DNA of 64,000 bases from Tubulanus polymorphus (GCF_964204645.1 NC_134026.1:12671950-12735949); one strand, 5' to 3'. Shown: positions 28,601-40,668, counted from the first letter of the stretch. The notes: generated from the sequence alone by a model not told the origin. Translations and numbers: made by a program.

Positions 28601-29977
28601 AGGGGCGGACTGGCTCGCGAGGACCCTGTTTTCGGCCAAGTAGTGCCTGCTCCTGTACCCAGTACAGATCTAGCTTAGTTTGTAGCCCCGCCTTAATAAT
28701 TGAATATGTAGGGGGGTCTGGACCGGAGTGCTGGGCCATGACATCGTCATAGTGGTCGCGCGCAACTCCTGTCAAATAGGCTGGGAGCGCAGCAGCTTTT
28801 ATGTCGCTACCCCAATTGTTCAGCACGGATAGACCTTCAAAGTCTCTTATAAAACGAGAAAAATCCTCTGAGTCTGAACCAGAAAATTAATCCAACTTTG
28901 GTGGCTGGAATGTGGGCTTTTGTAGACGGTGCACAATCGAGTTGATAGACTGAATATATGGTTCAGTCTCATGAGCAGTAGCTGGACTTCTCGGTACAGG
29001 ACCCAAAGGGAATTGCGGACTCGGCGATCGGGGTAGTGGTCCTGACAGAAACGGGCCGGTCGAGCCGAGAGATGGCTGTCTGAGAAGTACTCGATGAGAA
29101 GCGAACCGCTGTCTCGACATTAGAGGGAGATGTCACAGTCAGGAGGATTTCCCGCGAAATCGCTGCGGGTCGGACAGTGACTGTCCCTGAGTCAGTGCTA
29201 CTGTCATTGGTACCGGTCGATACATTGGTCACCTCAATGATAAGAAATATGTTACGTGGATAGGTTCAAAATAATACGAGGTATCAAAAAAATATAACAA
29301 CAATAGCTAATAACCCGAAAGCAAGACAATATCGACTACACAAAAAAACAGGGATTTAAGCCTGAAATAGATTAAAATTACTAGTGTTAGAGCACTCGCT
29401 TGGTAACAGCGAGAAAGCGCCTGAAATAAAAAAAATAAATAGTTAGAAAAAATAGCACTCACCAGGACCGTGGTTCTCCACCAATTGATATATGTACAAA
29501 TGGGTGACTAGCTCAGATGTGATCTTATAATTTCTGTGAAATATCTGTCCTGGTTTCGTAAAATAAAGAACGTCCACTCGTGAATTTGAATATATGAAAG
29601 AAAGGTTTATCATAACCGACTGGTCCAGGTGAGTGTGGAGGTACGAATGGCGATAATCGAGGGAGGGGTGCTACTATATATTCTAAATGATGGGAGTAGA
29701 GAATCTCACCGTCGGAATCGGATTTCCTTACCCGATATGGTAATCCGATCGACCGTTCAACTCTCTACATGAAAATGAATGAGGAGGTGAAATGAAGATG
29801 AATCATGGAATGAAATGATGTAATTACAATTGACAACCTATAATAATACATGGGCTATATATCAGAACTATGGAACCTTCACGTAAATAAGCTACTTTGT
29901 TACAAACTTCCCACGTCGCAGCATAATAGATACGTCGCAAATATACTACAGTGCCGCAATTAGACTACGTCGTAACA
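25640..29977 (-). mobile_element. Decayed, 3'-truncated Ty3/Gypsy LTR retrotransposon (5' LTR, PBS, gag, protease, RT, RNase H)
   Basis: gag with a degenerate zinc knuckle (28197-29232), RT motifs RFCVDYRK and LDLRSGYWQ (26287-26625), RNase H ELHTDAS (25764-25979), many stops and frameshifts. LTR TGTTA...TATCA at 29486-29977; PBS TGGTGGAGA at 29475-29483 is complementary to a tRNA-Ala-type 3' end. Confidence 0.9.
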
Positions 29978-31188
29978 ATGGTCATGTTTAATGCATGAAT
30001 CGCGTTCCATAGTTTTTGGCCTCAAGATGTGTCTAGGGTAGATTCATCTGTAACCCAAATATCAAGACATTACAATGAAGTCTTTAAAACTTCCCAAAAT
30101 ATCTGGATTCTGTCTACGGACGGATGGACGAACGTTATGACGGACGAACAGTGAACGCAATAGCCCGCTGGGACTTAAGTCCCAAGAGGGATAAATATTA
30201 CTGCTCAATGATATGCCAAACCAATTAGCAAGCATTGCACAATGTAAAGCTCATTAAGAGGGTCTGGACTGGAGTCTTCCCCGGGAAAATAACTAGTTTT
30301 CCTTGTATCTTGGGCATTCAGATTTTATGGTACTTCTAAAGAATAATGTTAGTCACATATTGTTCGGACTATATTCCAGAATACAGTGGGAATATAGCTT
30401 TAATCAACCTCTGCATGACATAAACTTGTCACTTTACTAGTTTAAGCTGGTTTTAAGCTCGATGTCCCATTTCCCTCACAGAATTTTGACACATATTACA
30501 TTCAAGATCCCTCAATCTGTTACTTACTGAACACTTAAGTCCCCGATTCATATTGGTGGTGTTTCGATTACGCTACCTTGGATTTTACAATTCAACACAG
30601 AAAAATATCACGACGTGAGAACCGCTGACTCGGTGATTTCAAATCAATTTCTCAATATAGGTTATAATTTGACAGCTTATGTACACAATGCAATAATCCT
30701 TAGATATTTCTGGTTTTGGTTCAAGTCTATTTTCATAGCCATTCAAAATATTGGTGTGTTCAAATTGTACGTAAGGTAAATTTTTGCCATTTTTCAAACC
30801 CCTTCCCCCTTGTATGAACTTGGTACTTATTGACCCCTAACCGTACCTTCATTTTGAAAGACCCCCTTAAATTGGAAAACACTGAGATACTTGCAAGAAT
30901 TTGATAATGATGATGTATCTATTAGGCCTAGCCTATATAAAATCATGCAAATCTATTAATGATATATATTGAGTGGGATGATATTAGGATAGGTTTGTCA
31001 TTTAATATTTTATATCAGTATTTGACGTTATTTCGGATATCTCTCGTTGATTAAGTACGTACGTTTTTTGAGAGACCCTATCAGAAAAGTAAGTAACGGT
31101 ACATTAGATTCCTCTTTTACCCCCACCCCATACAAAGTTAACACAATATTTGTACATATATTTGTATATATATATATATATATATATC

Positions 31189-32009
31189 GGTAAATATCCC
31201 CCTAGGTAAAAATCCCCCATATTTGATTTCACTAAAATTTTTCAACACTTTCAACGGCTCTTATGTTAAAAAATTATGGATTAAAAATTGTATTGCACTT
31301 TATTGCTTTATTTAACACTAGTACAGTAATTCCTTCCATTAAATGCATAATACATACGGTTACCAAACGTTTAATAAATAATAATCACTGCAGAGACAAA
31401 ATACTTATTCTAGGGGTACGAGTCAGTTGATTGAATTCGGTCATTTTAACTAAATTGGCTAATTAGGAGTGGTCACTGTTGAAAATTAATAAAGATTACT
31501 TAGGCCTACGAATTATCTAGTCACGAAGCCAACCTGTTTGATTTACAGTTATTAACTTCTTTGATTATATGGGCACCAGAGTGATTACCCCTTAGATAAT
31601 TTAAGGCACTTGAAATAATTAAACAATAGAAATGACAGAGCTGGTGATGTTGAAATTGAGGCATTTCTCTGTGGTGATGGTCACAATATTCACCTCGGAT
31701 AATCCGTGATATTTAACAAGCTACATGCATAAAAATGACATTATTATGTGACTTAGCATATACGACATGCAAGCTACATGCATCAAAAATGACACTATCA
31801 TAATTTTGAAATTTTCTAAAAAAACTATGGTTTAAAAGTAAAAATAAAATATCTAATGTACTTATGTATTCCTAAATAATGTTGTAAAAATTTTTTCTAC
31901 TCTTAGTTTTATAGATAAGTGGATATGGGGGAGATTTTTACCAGGGGGATTTTTACCTGGAGGGATTTTTACCGGGGGATAGGGCCTATTTACTGGGGGT
32001 ATTTTTACC
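31189..32009. mobile_element. MITE with repetitive TIRs, next to a (TA)n tract and 45 bp from the exon 1 donor
   Basis: Left end ggtaaatatccccctaggtaaaaatccccc; right end tandem gggggatttttacc units. Confidence 0.65.
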
Positions 32010-32054
32010 TACATTCTTTCTTTCAATTACCCAGGCAACACAAATGATACTTAC

Positions 32055-33420
32055 CTTTTCTGAATTCTTCCAACATAGCATCTAACTTAACATCCTCAAA
32101 AACAAAGTTCACAGGATGATTATAAAACTTGCATACAGTCCTCAGCGGCGTTTTGTCATCAGCATCAACGAATGCCAAATCTTTGATATTGAGAATTCCA
32201 ACGATTGCAGATTTTGACGTCTCATACACCGGAATTCTTGTATACCCTCGTTTCATTATATCACTCATAGTTTGAAAATCTAAAATTGCATTGTAATCTA
32301 ACAAAAATGCATCACTTAGTGGTGTCATGATATCTTTGACCATTTTCTTCGTAAGTGATAGTGCACCGGATATAATATTGACTTCATCTTTTTCGAGAAC
32401 ATTGAAATCTTTCGTCACCGTGATCAGTTCTTGTAATTTTTCACGGTTATACACATGCCCGATCTCTTCACCGAGTACAAGGTCTAACAATTTACTTATA
32501 GGATAGGAAATGGGGAATGTCAACAACATAAAAAATTTTGTTATCCAAATAGTCTTAGCGCCAACTGCCAATCCATGCCGCGAGCACACTGCTTGAGGAA
32601 TTATTTCGCCAAAAACAACAATGCCGAAAGTTGCGCCGATAATAGCAACCATACCACTAGTTAAATCATCAAGTAAAATAGTTAATGTATTATTTACTAG
32701 AACATTTCCTAACAACAATGAGCACAATAAAAAATTTCCACGCTTGCGCAACGGCGCAATAACTTTCGCATAGCGTTTCTCAGAGCTGGAGCCGCATCGC
32801 TCAATAATCTTCAACTCTGTTTTATCCAACGCCATTAAACCTAAATTCAAACCACTGAACAAGCCAGACAGACAAAGCAGAATAGAGATAATTATCCCTT
32901 GTAGCCACATCGGCAATAAGCTCTTTTTTTCTTCTGGTACTTTAGTTTTAAATGTGACCCAGTTTTCGACACCTTGATGAATCCAAATCTCACGTCGCTG
33001 GCCTAAAATGCTTTCCACAGTCTGTTTAATGCACACATAATAATTTTCCTGGTTAAAGGTCGGCTGAAGATGCGGTAAATTTACCTCTACTTTAGCGGAA
33101 ACTGAGGTTAACCCATCTGGTGAAAACATATAGGTCCTAGATTTAGCCATATCCGTGCAGTCGTTCGAAGAGCTACCAGGCGCAGCAGTAGTAAATGCCA
33201 CTTCGGTAGCTGCCGAGAAACCAGAGCCAAAAAGTCTCAATGGAACGTCCTGACCAGCGAAGATATACAAAGTGCCATCCACCATATTTGAGAAAGACGA
33301 ATCTTCGGCTCGAAAACCATTTACGACAGCACTTGAATTCGATGCAAATGTGATGTTAATTAAGCATAACACATAGTAAAGCATGAGAATGCGACAGAAA
33401 CTCCAAAGCGGCATCGCCAT
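32055..33420 (-). CDS. CNNM: CNNM (ACDP/CorB-family) metal transporter exon 1: signal peptide, extracellular domain, DUF21/CNNM transmembrane domain, CBS pair
   Basis: Motifs [38 protein letters not shown]. The exon ends ...GAATTCAGAAAAG|GTAAGT (EEFRK-G); the ORF track reads through into the intron. Confidence 0.97.
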
Positions 33421-33476
33421 CTTGGAGAAGGCTTAGAGGTGTTGACATGCGGACAACGACCCGGACGGTATTAATC

Positions 33477-34463
33477 GGTCGTCATTAGTTCCAAGACGAG
33501 TTTGTCGATGACGTCATTGGTAAATAATAACATAACCACGTGCGTGAGGAACAGACTTAAATACAAAGACTTTATTCAACCAATTCTGTGCGCCGAATTG
33601 TATGATCATAAACAAATTGCCGCAATCTTTTCCTTCGTTATCATCTTTTGATGATTCTTTGTTCAACATTATTCAAAAACGAATAACCACTAGTTTGTAA
33701 ATAAACAAAATGAATTATTTACTTGCGTAGAAGTAGTAATGTTTATTTTCTTGCAAGACTTATAATGATAAAATCAAATAACTCTTGCTAGTAGACTATT
33801 GATGTGTTTTTAGATACCCATTCAACAATAGCCAGAATCATAGAATAGTTCAAAGTTCTTCAATTCGTCTTAAATTTAGTATGATATGTGAAACTGGGTC
33901 TACTGAAAATTCGAAACCCTGCCCTATTTCAGTAGTATGAACTAACTGATAGCTTATCATAAGAGATTTCAGAAAAAAACAACATAAAACACGAAACAAA
34001 ACATTCTATTATTTTTCTTCTCAGATAAGCCTTCTCAGTAGAGTTCGATTCAGACCGACATGTCTTTTGCAATCCTTCACAGTAAAGAATGGATTAAAAA
34101 ACGATGTTTTAGGTCAACTGCCAGTCCTTAACCCTGGGCCCAGTTTCACAAACAAGTTCAACTCAAATTTTTGGTGTAATTGCCATTGGTTACTTCATGT
34201 TTTCAATGAGGACAACAATTAAAACATAACTGTTTTAGGCTTAAACTGTTTCGTGAAACCGGGCCCTGATCAGACTTTTTATCAGGTATTTACTATCAAG
34301 CCCGACTGAACTAGGCCACCGTCTGATGCTCTCTCTCAAGTCAAGTTGAAATAGACATTTCCAACTGCTCTAACAGATAAGAGCGCGTACCAGGACGCAC
34401 GTGGTTATGTTATTATTTATATATGACGTCATCGACAAACTCGTCTTGGAACTAATGACGACC
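33477..34463. mobile_element. MULE/MuDR-like MITE immediately upstream of the CNNM start codon
   Basis: 69-bp TIRs (33477-33545 and 34395-34463, 3 mismatches), GG...CC ends, 9-bp TSD gtattaatc at 33468-33476 and 34464-34472. Confidence 0.85.
34137..34265. mobile_element. Small PIF/Harbinger-like MITE nested in the MULE MITE
   Basis: TIRs ggcccagtttcacaaa and ttcgtgaaaccgggcc, 3-bp CTG TSD. Confidence 0.65.
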
Positions 34464-35037
34464 GTATTAATCGGATAGAATTGATACGAACTTATTTCCA
34501 CTTTATTCCTATGGAAGACCTCAGACGACATTCGGGATAATTCAATTTCAATTTAATCTTTATTGCACCGTAATATACAAATGACATTATTGGCTTTTTA
34601 CAATAAAGAGGAAAACAAAGAAGAATACATGTATAGTATATATCAAAACCAGATAAAATTTATAGCAGTCTATATACAAACATGATAAGATAGGCAGATA
34701 CACTAGTTTCTCTATACGCAGATACACTAGTTTCTCTATACTTATGACTAGTATTCAATATTCCGAGACGGTTCATATGAGTAGGTTATGTACAAGTAAA
34801 AAATCTGATTCAGTAAACAACGTCATATCATATCATATACATACACATAGCTGAATCTAGCAAGAAGCCTTTATAAATTTCCCAAGGCTATACGCCATCT
34901 GTACCTAGTTGACATAATGGTTCTGAATTTACCCTCACTTGAGGACCTCCTCATTATGAGTTTTCCGGTTTGCTCGGCTACCCGTACTGGCGGGGTAGTC
35001 TAGAGAGGCCAATGAAAACTCCGGTTTGCTGAACCAC

Positions 35038-35226
35038 AGTAATAGGGATAATAGGCTTTCAGATCAAAGGTCGAAGGGTCGAGCTCGTAAAAAAATGAAA
35101 ATAACAATAATTTACAGTTGAATTAGTCGCGCACACTCCTAATTCAACTGTAAATTATTGTTATTTTCATTTTTTACTCACTCGCCCCTTCAACCTTTAA
35201 CCTGAAAGCCTATTATCCATATTACT
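35038..35226. repeat. Terminal fold-back palindrome (arms 35038-35126 and 35139-35226, 12-nt loop)
   Basis: Direct inspection: arms are complementary with scattered mismatches; the inner ~38 bp is perfect. Confidence 0.92.
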
Positions 35227-35781
35227 CTTAAAATATTCATATATATATAACATAATTTACATGAATAACATTTAAATTGACAGATTATTCAATATAAAAG
35301 TGTAAGCTCTTATAGAATAGATATATAGATATATAAATAGTTATTTTATAAATTTATATTCATATGGAAATTGTAATCTCAGTAATAATTTTGAACCTTT
35401 ATTATTCTTTAATTTATTCATATATTCATCATGCAGCTTCATCTCGATTATGGGTACCTGATATCAATGCGGTTGATATAAGCTTAGTTTCAGGGTTGAA
35501 TCGGAATATTATAAACGTTGATATTAATAAACACTCCCAACGAGCATTAGTCGATGCAGGTGCATCAATTTCATGTATTGCTAGATCAACGGTCGAAGGA
35601 TGTATCAAAAATCCCATATATAGTCATTCGGATATAAACATTATTAGAGGAGTTTGTGGGGAAGCACATTCAGTAATTGGTAGAATTGATGTACCCATTT
35701 GCATTCAATCTCATGTATTAACACATAAGTTTTATGTATTCGATAGGCTACATACAGATGTCATTCTAGGACTGGATTTTT

Positions 35782-38700
35782 TTGAAGGAAAACAATGTAA
35801 ACATTGACCTTGCATCAGGCACAATTGAATTTAAAGATGTTTCGATTCCATTAAAGATTCTTAGGAATAAACAAGAGCTGTACAGAAATAAAGCTAAAAC
35901 GATTAACAGCATAGTTATTTCACCAAATACTAAACAAATAGTTCAAATAAGTGTAGATACGTTGGCGGAAGGTTCATTGGTTGTTTTTGAACCATACAAC
36001 CACAAGTTATTGAATAAATGTTTAGGTGGAGGTAAAACATTATGCAAAATCACGGACGGTAAAATTTTCGCTACTATTGTGAATCCTACTAATGAACCGA
36101 TTCAAATTTCAAAAGATTATGTGCTTGGATTTGCATACAATGTAACTGACGATGATTGTTTCGATTTCGCAGATGACAATACTAGTGCAAACATTTTCTC
36201 CGTTGATACTGATATACCACGGAATTATGATGAAAAAATTAAAATAGCGGAAAATTTAGGCATAAAAATTCCAGAAAACTCAGGATTGACTCTGGAACAA
36301 AAAGAGAGATTAATGTATTCAATTGGATGTAATAGGTCAATATTTGCTAGTAACTTACAGGAAATCGGCAAAACTTCATTAGTTACCCATAAGATAGAAA
36401 CAACTGATGACGACCCTATAATTCAAAGACCTTATCGCAAAAGTCCACACTTGAGACAGGTAGAAAACGACTTGGTTAACGAACTGTTAGATGCCGATCT
36501 TATTGAACCAACTGATTCTGTTTTCAATAATCCTGTGGTTTTGGTCAGAAAACCAGACAATACGTATAGGTTTACTATTGATTTTAGAAAACTGAATTCG
36601 AAGACCGTAACGCAATCATTTCCACTACCTCATTTTGATGATGTATTTGACACTATAGCCGATGCTAAACCCATGATATTTAGTAAATTAGATCTTAATT
36701 CAGGATTTCACCAGATACCGTTACATGAAGAATCGCGTCATAAAACAGCTTTTCAAACGACACAAGGCAAAATGTGCTTCAAAAGAATGCCGATGGGAAT
36801 TAAGAATGGTCCTATGGCTTTTCAGATGCTTATGTCAAAATGTTTAGGTCATTTGAATTGGCAATATGTATTGTGTTTCATTGATGATCTAATCATATTC
36901 TCTCAAGATTTTGACAGTCACCTAGTTCATTTATCAAATGTTTTTGAGAAGCTTAAACAAGCCGGTCTAACTGCCAAACCGACTAAGTGTGAATTTGCAG
37001 TCCCAGAAATTGAATATCTGGGTTATACCTTATCTGCTGAGGGTCTTCGTACTTGTAAAAAGAACATCGAAAAGGTTAACAGCTTTCCAGTTCCGTCCAA
37101 TGTCAAACAATTACGAAGTTTTCTAGGGTTGACAAATTTTTACAGGAAATTCATTCAAAATTATGCATCAATAGTTTCTCCCTTGAATGCTTTGAACTGT
37201 AAAGATGTGAAGTTCAAATGGACCCCTGATTGTCAAAAAGCTTTTGATACGCTTAAACAGGAATTAACTAGTGATCCAATTCTGATATTCCCTGATTTCA
37301 ATTCTCGTTTCTATCTCTCAGTTGACTCTTCGGACTATGCTATTGGTTACGTTTTGTCTCAGAAAAAGAATAATTTAGAACATGTTATCGGATATGGTGG
37401 TCGCGCGTTACGTGTAAACGAAAAGAAATGGCATATTAGTGATAAGGAAGGATTAGCTTTGATTGAAGGAATTCAGAATTTTCATCCCTACCTGATTGGA
37501 AATGAATTCACTGTGTATACTGATAGCAAAAGTTTAACGTATATTCATGAAAACCGACTAAACAAACGTATAGGACGTTGGGAATTGGCTCTTCAAGCAT
37601 ATAATTTTTCTGTTGAACACCGACCGGGTAAGAAAAATGGCAATTGCGACGGTTTAAGTAGACGAGATTATGATAAACCTCCTCCTCCTAGACCTGATGA
37701 TCCTTCACAAGAAACTGTTTTCACAGCAATGACAAATGGATCTCAGTCTTATGAAGTCGTGTTTGATTATACTAGCCCCGTGGTGGCTGAGTTAACTCCT
37801 GATACTTATAAGGAGATTGAACTGATTAAACCTGCTAATATAACTCAGTTACAGCGGAATTGCCCTGAAGTTTGTCACATGTTGGAACATAAGTTAGATC
37901 CATCATATGCTGTCAACGATGAAAAACTGTTTCGAAAGCTCAGTTGGAGGGCCGACCAATATGGTATTATCGATGGCACGTTATATTATTTGTATACGCC
38001 TAGAGTTACTGGTATTCCTAAAGCCGAGAAGGTCATCCCAGTTCTTGAAGTTCCTAGGTCATTACGGTCGGAAATATTGAAAGCTTACCATGATTCATTA
38101 TTGTATTGTAACCAGGATCAGACTAATTGGGATACACTAATGCCAAGTGTAATGATGAGTTATAGGCATGTTCCTTCAACTGAAGGTTCAGGTTTTAGCC
38201 CTTACCACATGTCATTTGGTCAAGAAATGCGTCTACCAATAGACACGGCTTTAATTCCACGGCATTCGTTAGCTACTGATCATAAGGCATACTTATCACA
38301 TATATTAAGGCAGCTGGTCATATCACGAAATATCGCTAACGAGAATATTAAAAGAGCTCAAAATAAGTATAAAACTCAGTTCGATAAAAAGGCATTAAAA
38401 CCTCAGTTTCAGATTACTGATCGCGTTTGGCTAAAAGTCATGAAAGTTAAGAAAGGAAAATCACCAAAACTGTGTAAAAAATACGTAGGTCCCTATTTCA
38501 TTCAGTCAATAGCTAGTAAAGGGGCTTATCAATTACGAAGAATCTCTGATAACGTTTTACTCCCATCGCATGTCAATGGGAACCGTCTTAAGTTATACAA
38601 AGATCCCTCATCGCGTCCAAATTATGAAGAGGTCGCATGGGATGGTTCAACAGCTGAGGAAAACCCTGAATTATTCGACGAGATTCATGGGCGCTTAAAA

Positions 38701-39273
38701 TATAAACCTAGCAATTTAGCTGATACTCCAACTGACACTCAAATTTCGGCTGACGATAACAAAGATAGACCGGTAGTTACTGAGACTTTCAATGAATCAG
38801 ATATTCAGAAAATTCTACAGTACAAACTAGAAAGTGGTTTATGTAAATATCGCGTAAAATGGAAGTCAGATTTAAATCGTGGAAATTCTTGGGAATTAGG
38901 AAAATCGATCCCAAATAAACTAATTCGACACTTTCACGAAAACTATGCGGCATCAGGCAAAAAACGTAAGAAACCTTGCAAAAGTAAGTTTTTTGATCGC
39001 ATTACAGACAATTCTGATAATAATCAGGGACATCAAAACGATCGAAATGAAAACGAGAATGACGTAGCGAATATTATAATCACAAATAGAGATAGATGTC
39101 AGGATAGTGAAGTAGAGATACGTGAAAAACCTAGAAGAAAATTAAATGGAACCGTAATACAGGGTGTATATGTTACTAATGATCGCTTCCAGGAATTTGA
39201 TAATCAGATGTCTAATGAAGACTCATCAAATAATGAGAATGTAAATAGTGTATATTGTTCAGCTCGATCGTAA
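35782..39273 (+). CDS. pol: Gypsy Pol: RT (FIDD), RNase H, integrase with deleted core, GPY motif, chromodomain
   Basis: RFTIDFRKLN, LDLNSGFHQI, CFIDDLII, SVDSSDYAIG, YVGPYFI, KILQYK...YRVKWK...NSWE. Separated from the protease ORF by a 7-T frameshift at about 35777-35783. Confidence 0.9.
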   Translation: MKENNVNIDLASGTIEFKDVSIPLKILRNKQELYRNKAKTINSIVISPNTKQIVQISVDTLAEGSLVVFEPYNHKLLNKCLGGGKTLCKITDGKIFATIVNPTNEPIQISKDYVLGFAYNVTDDDCFDFADDNTSANIFSVDTDIPRNYDEKIKIAENLGIKIPENSGLTLEQKERLMYSIGCNRSIFASNLQEIGKTSLVTHKIETTDDDPIIQRPYRKSPHLRQVENDLVNELLDADLIEPTDSVFNNPVVLVRKPDNTYRFTIDFRKLNSKTVTQSFPLPHFDDVFDTIADAKPMIFSKLDLNSGFHQIPLHEESRHKTAFQTTQGKMCFKRMPMGIKNGPMAFQMLMSKCLGHLNWQYVLCFIDDLIIFSQDFDSHLVHLSNVFEKLKQAGLTAKPTKCEFAVPEIEYLGYTLSAEGLRTCKKNIEKVNSFPVPSNVKQLRSFLGLTNFYRKFIQNYASIVSPLNALNCKDVKFKWTPDCQKAFDTLKQELTSDPILIFPDFNSRFYLSVDSSDYAIGYVLSQKKNNLEHVIGYGGRALRVNEKKWHISDKEGLALIEGIQNFHPYLIGNEFTVYTDSKSLTYIHENRLNKRIGRWELALQAYNFSVEHRPGKKNGNCDGLSRRDYDKPPPPRPDDPSQETVFTAMTNGSQSYEVVFDYTSPVVAELTPDTYKEIELIKPANITQLQRNCPEVCHMLEHKLDPSYAVNDEKLFRKLSWRADQYGIIDGTLYYLYTPRVTGIPKAEKVIPVLEVPRSLRSEILKAYHDSLLYCNQDQTNWDTLMPSVMMSYRHVPSTEGSGFSPYHMSFGQEMRLPIDTALIPRHSLATDHKAYLSHILRQLVISRNIANENIKRAQNKYKTQFDKKALKPQFQITDRVWLKVMKVKKGKSPKLCKKYVGPYFIQSIASKGAYQLRRISDNVLLPSHVNGNRLKLYKDPSSRPNYEEVAWDGSTAEENPELFDEIHGRLKYKPSNLADTPTDTQISADDNKDRPVVTETFNESDIQKILQYKLESGLCKYRVKWKSDLNRGNSWELGKSIPNKLIRHFHENYAASGKKRKKPCKSKFFDRITDNSDNNQGHQNDRNENENDVANIIITNRDRCQDSEVEIREKPRRKLNGTVIQGVYVTNDRFQEFDNQMSNEDSSNNENVNSVYCSARS

Positions 39274-40668
39274 ACTCACCAAGATCATACGAATCAGGAT
39301 AGCGTTAAGAGTAGTTCAGATTCAAGTAATCGAAGAAGCTATCGAAGAAGCTATTCGGACGGGAAATCGTCGAGCATTATGTCCGTGCCCTACAGGAAAA
39401 ACGGTTGTTGCTACCAAATTTCAAAATAATGTGCTATTCGTAAAATATTACCATGACAGTCCATGGTACCGGGCATCAAAACGAGATTGGTTTGAAGTAA
39501 GTGATTACGGAGAGAGTCTTGAACATGTATGGGGTATATATCATGTCATCTTGGAAAATGAAAGGCCTCCCACCGAAACCGAGCTCAAAAACATTATACC
39601 TACTGCCGCTCGAGCCGTATCAACACGTTTCAACGACCAGGGAGTCTTAGAATACTATGTTTTATTTGGGCGGTTCGCTCCCCCTGCATGGCGGCCTTGG
39701 TATGAAACACCTCCTGGCACACAAAGTCAGTACGCTTCTCGTTTAAAATCTATTTCTTCGAAACTCAGTAGTAGCTACAGTAGGTTTTCTTAAGCTTTCC
39801 AGGATATCATATGGATATCAACGATGAATTGATCAGCTTATTACTCGTACGTATATTTTCAGTTTATTTACGCCCTGAACGGTTCAAAGATCGGATAGTT
39901 CATACGTTCAATTAATATATACTAGTCATTTTAAGTAGAGTGCATGAAATCTTTCGTAGAAAACACGCAAATAACGTCATTGTAAATCTAATACGAGACA
40001 TAACTGAGATGAGTGTACGGTACGGTATGAATTTATCAATGATATAATATAACGTGGATTAATTGAGACTGCGATGATAGGTGTTAAAACAGTTCAGTTA
40101 TGCTGGTGGTGTCATCTTTGCTCAATTACTATGGTTATTCTTTATTTACTTCTGACCACTTATTTTGGATGATGATAATTTTTTCCTTTTGGCTGATAAA
40201 GGTAACTGTATTTGTGTTGTGTCATTGCCTGAACTCTGCTCTGATGTCAAATGTTGCATGTTACTATCATTGTGTCACGAAGTTATTTCCAGTCAGTAAT
40301 CGAAAGATCTTCAAAACAGAGAAATGCGTACTACTTGCAACTTGCATCACCAACTGATCTTCGGGACGCTATAACAACACAACACGTCGCTACTTCTGTT
40401 CGTCGCAGAACCAACCAGAATTCGGGGATCGTTTGCAGATCATTCAAAATTACAGTTAACGTATCATCGCATCGTCCGTATATAACGACAACATGTGACT
40501 CTTTCGTGAATGACTGATAATCCGGATGTTACTGTCCAGCGTTTGCACATTTTTGCGCGGTGAAAGTCAATCTTTCATGTTTTCGCGATGGAAGGAGTTT
40601 TGATGAACTTATAGTATCTGCGTTTTCCGCAAATTTGGAGGACCAAATTTAATTGGACAAGGGGCATC

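Noticed and set aside
32023-32054. C-terminus KYHLCCLGN of the 465-aa ORF
   Set aside because: Read-through past the GTAAGT donor; exon 2 supplies the conserved continuation.
34540-35030. Possible LINE 3' end on the minus strand, with a 24-bp tandem duplication at 34695-34741
   Set aside because: Only a tail-like tract and weak coding hints; not enough to call a feature.
35771-35790. Programmed ribosomal frameshift between protease and RT
   Set aside because: Gypsy protease and RT are normally one frame; a one-base insertion in a T homopolymer (mutation or sequencing error) is the simpler explanation.
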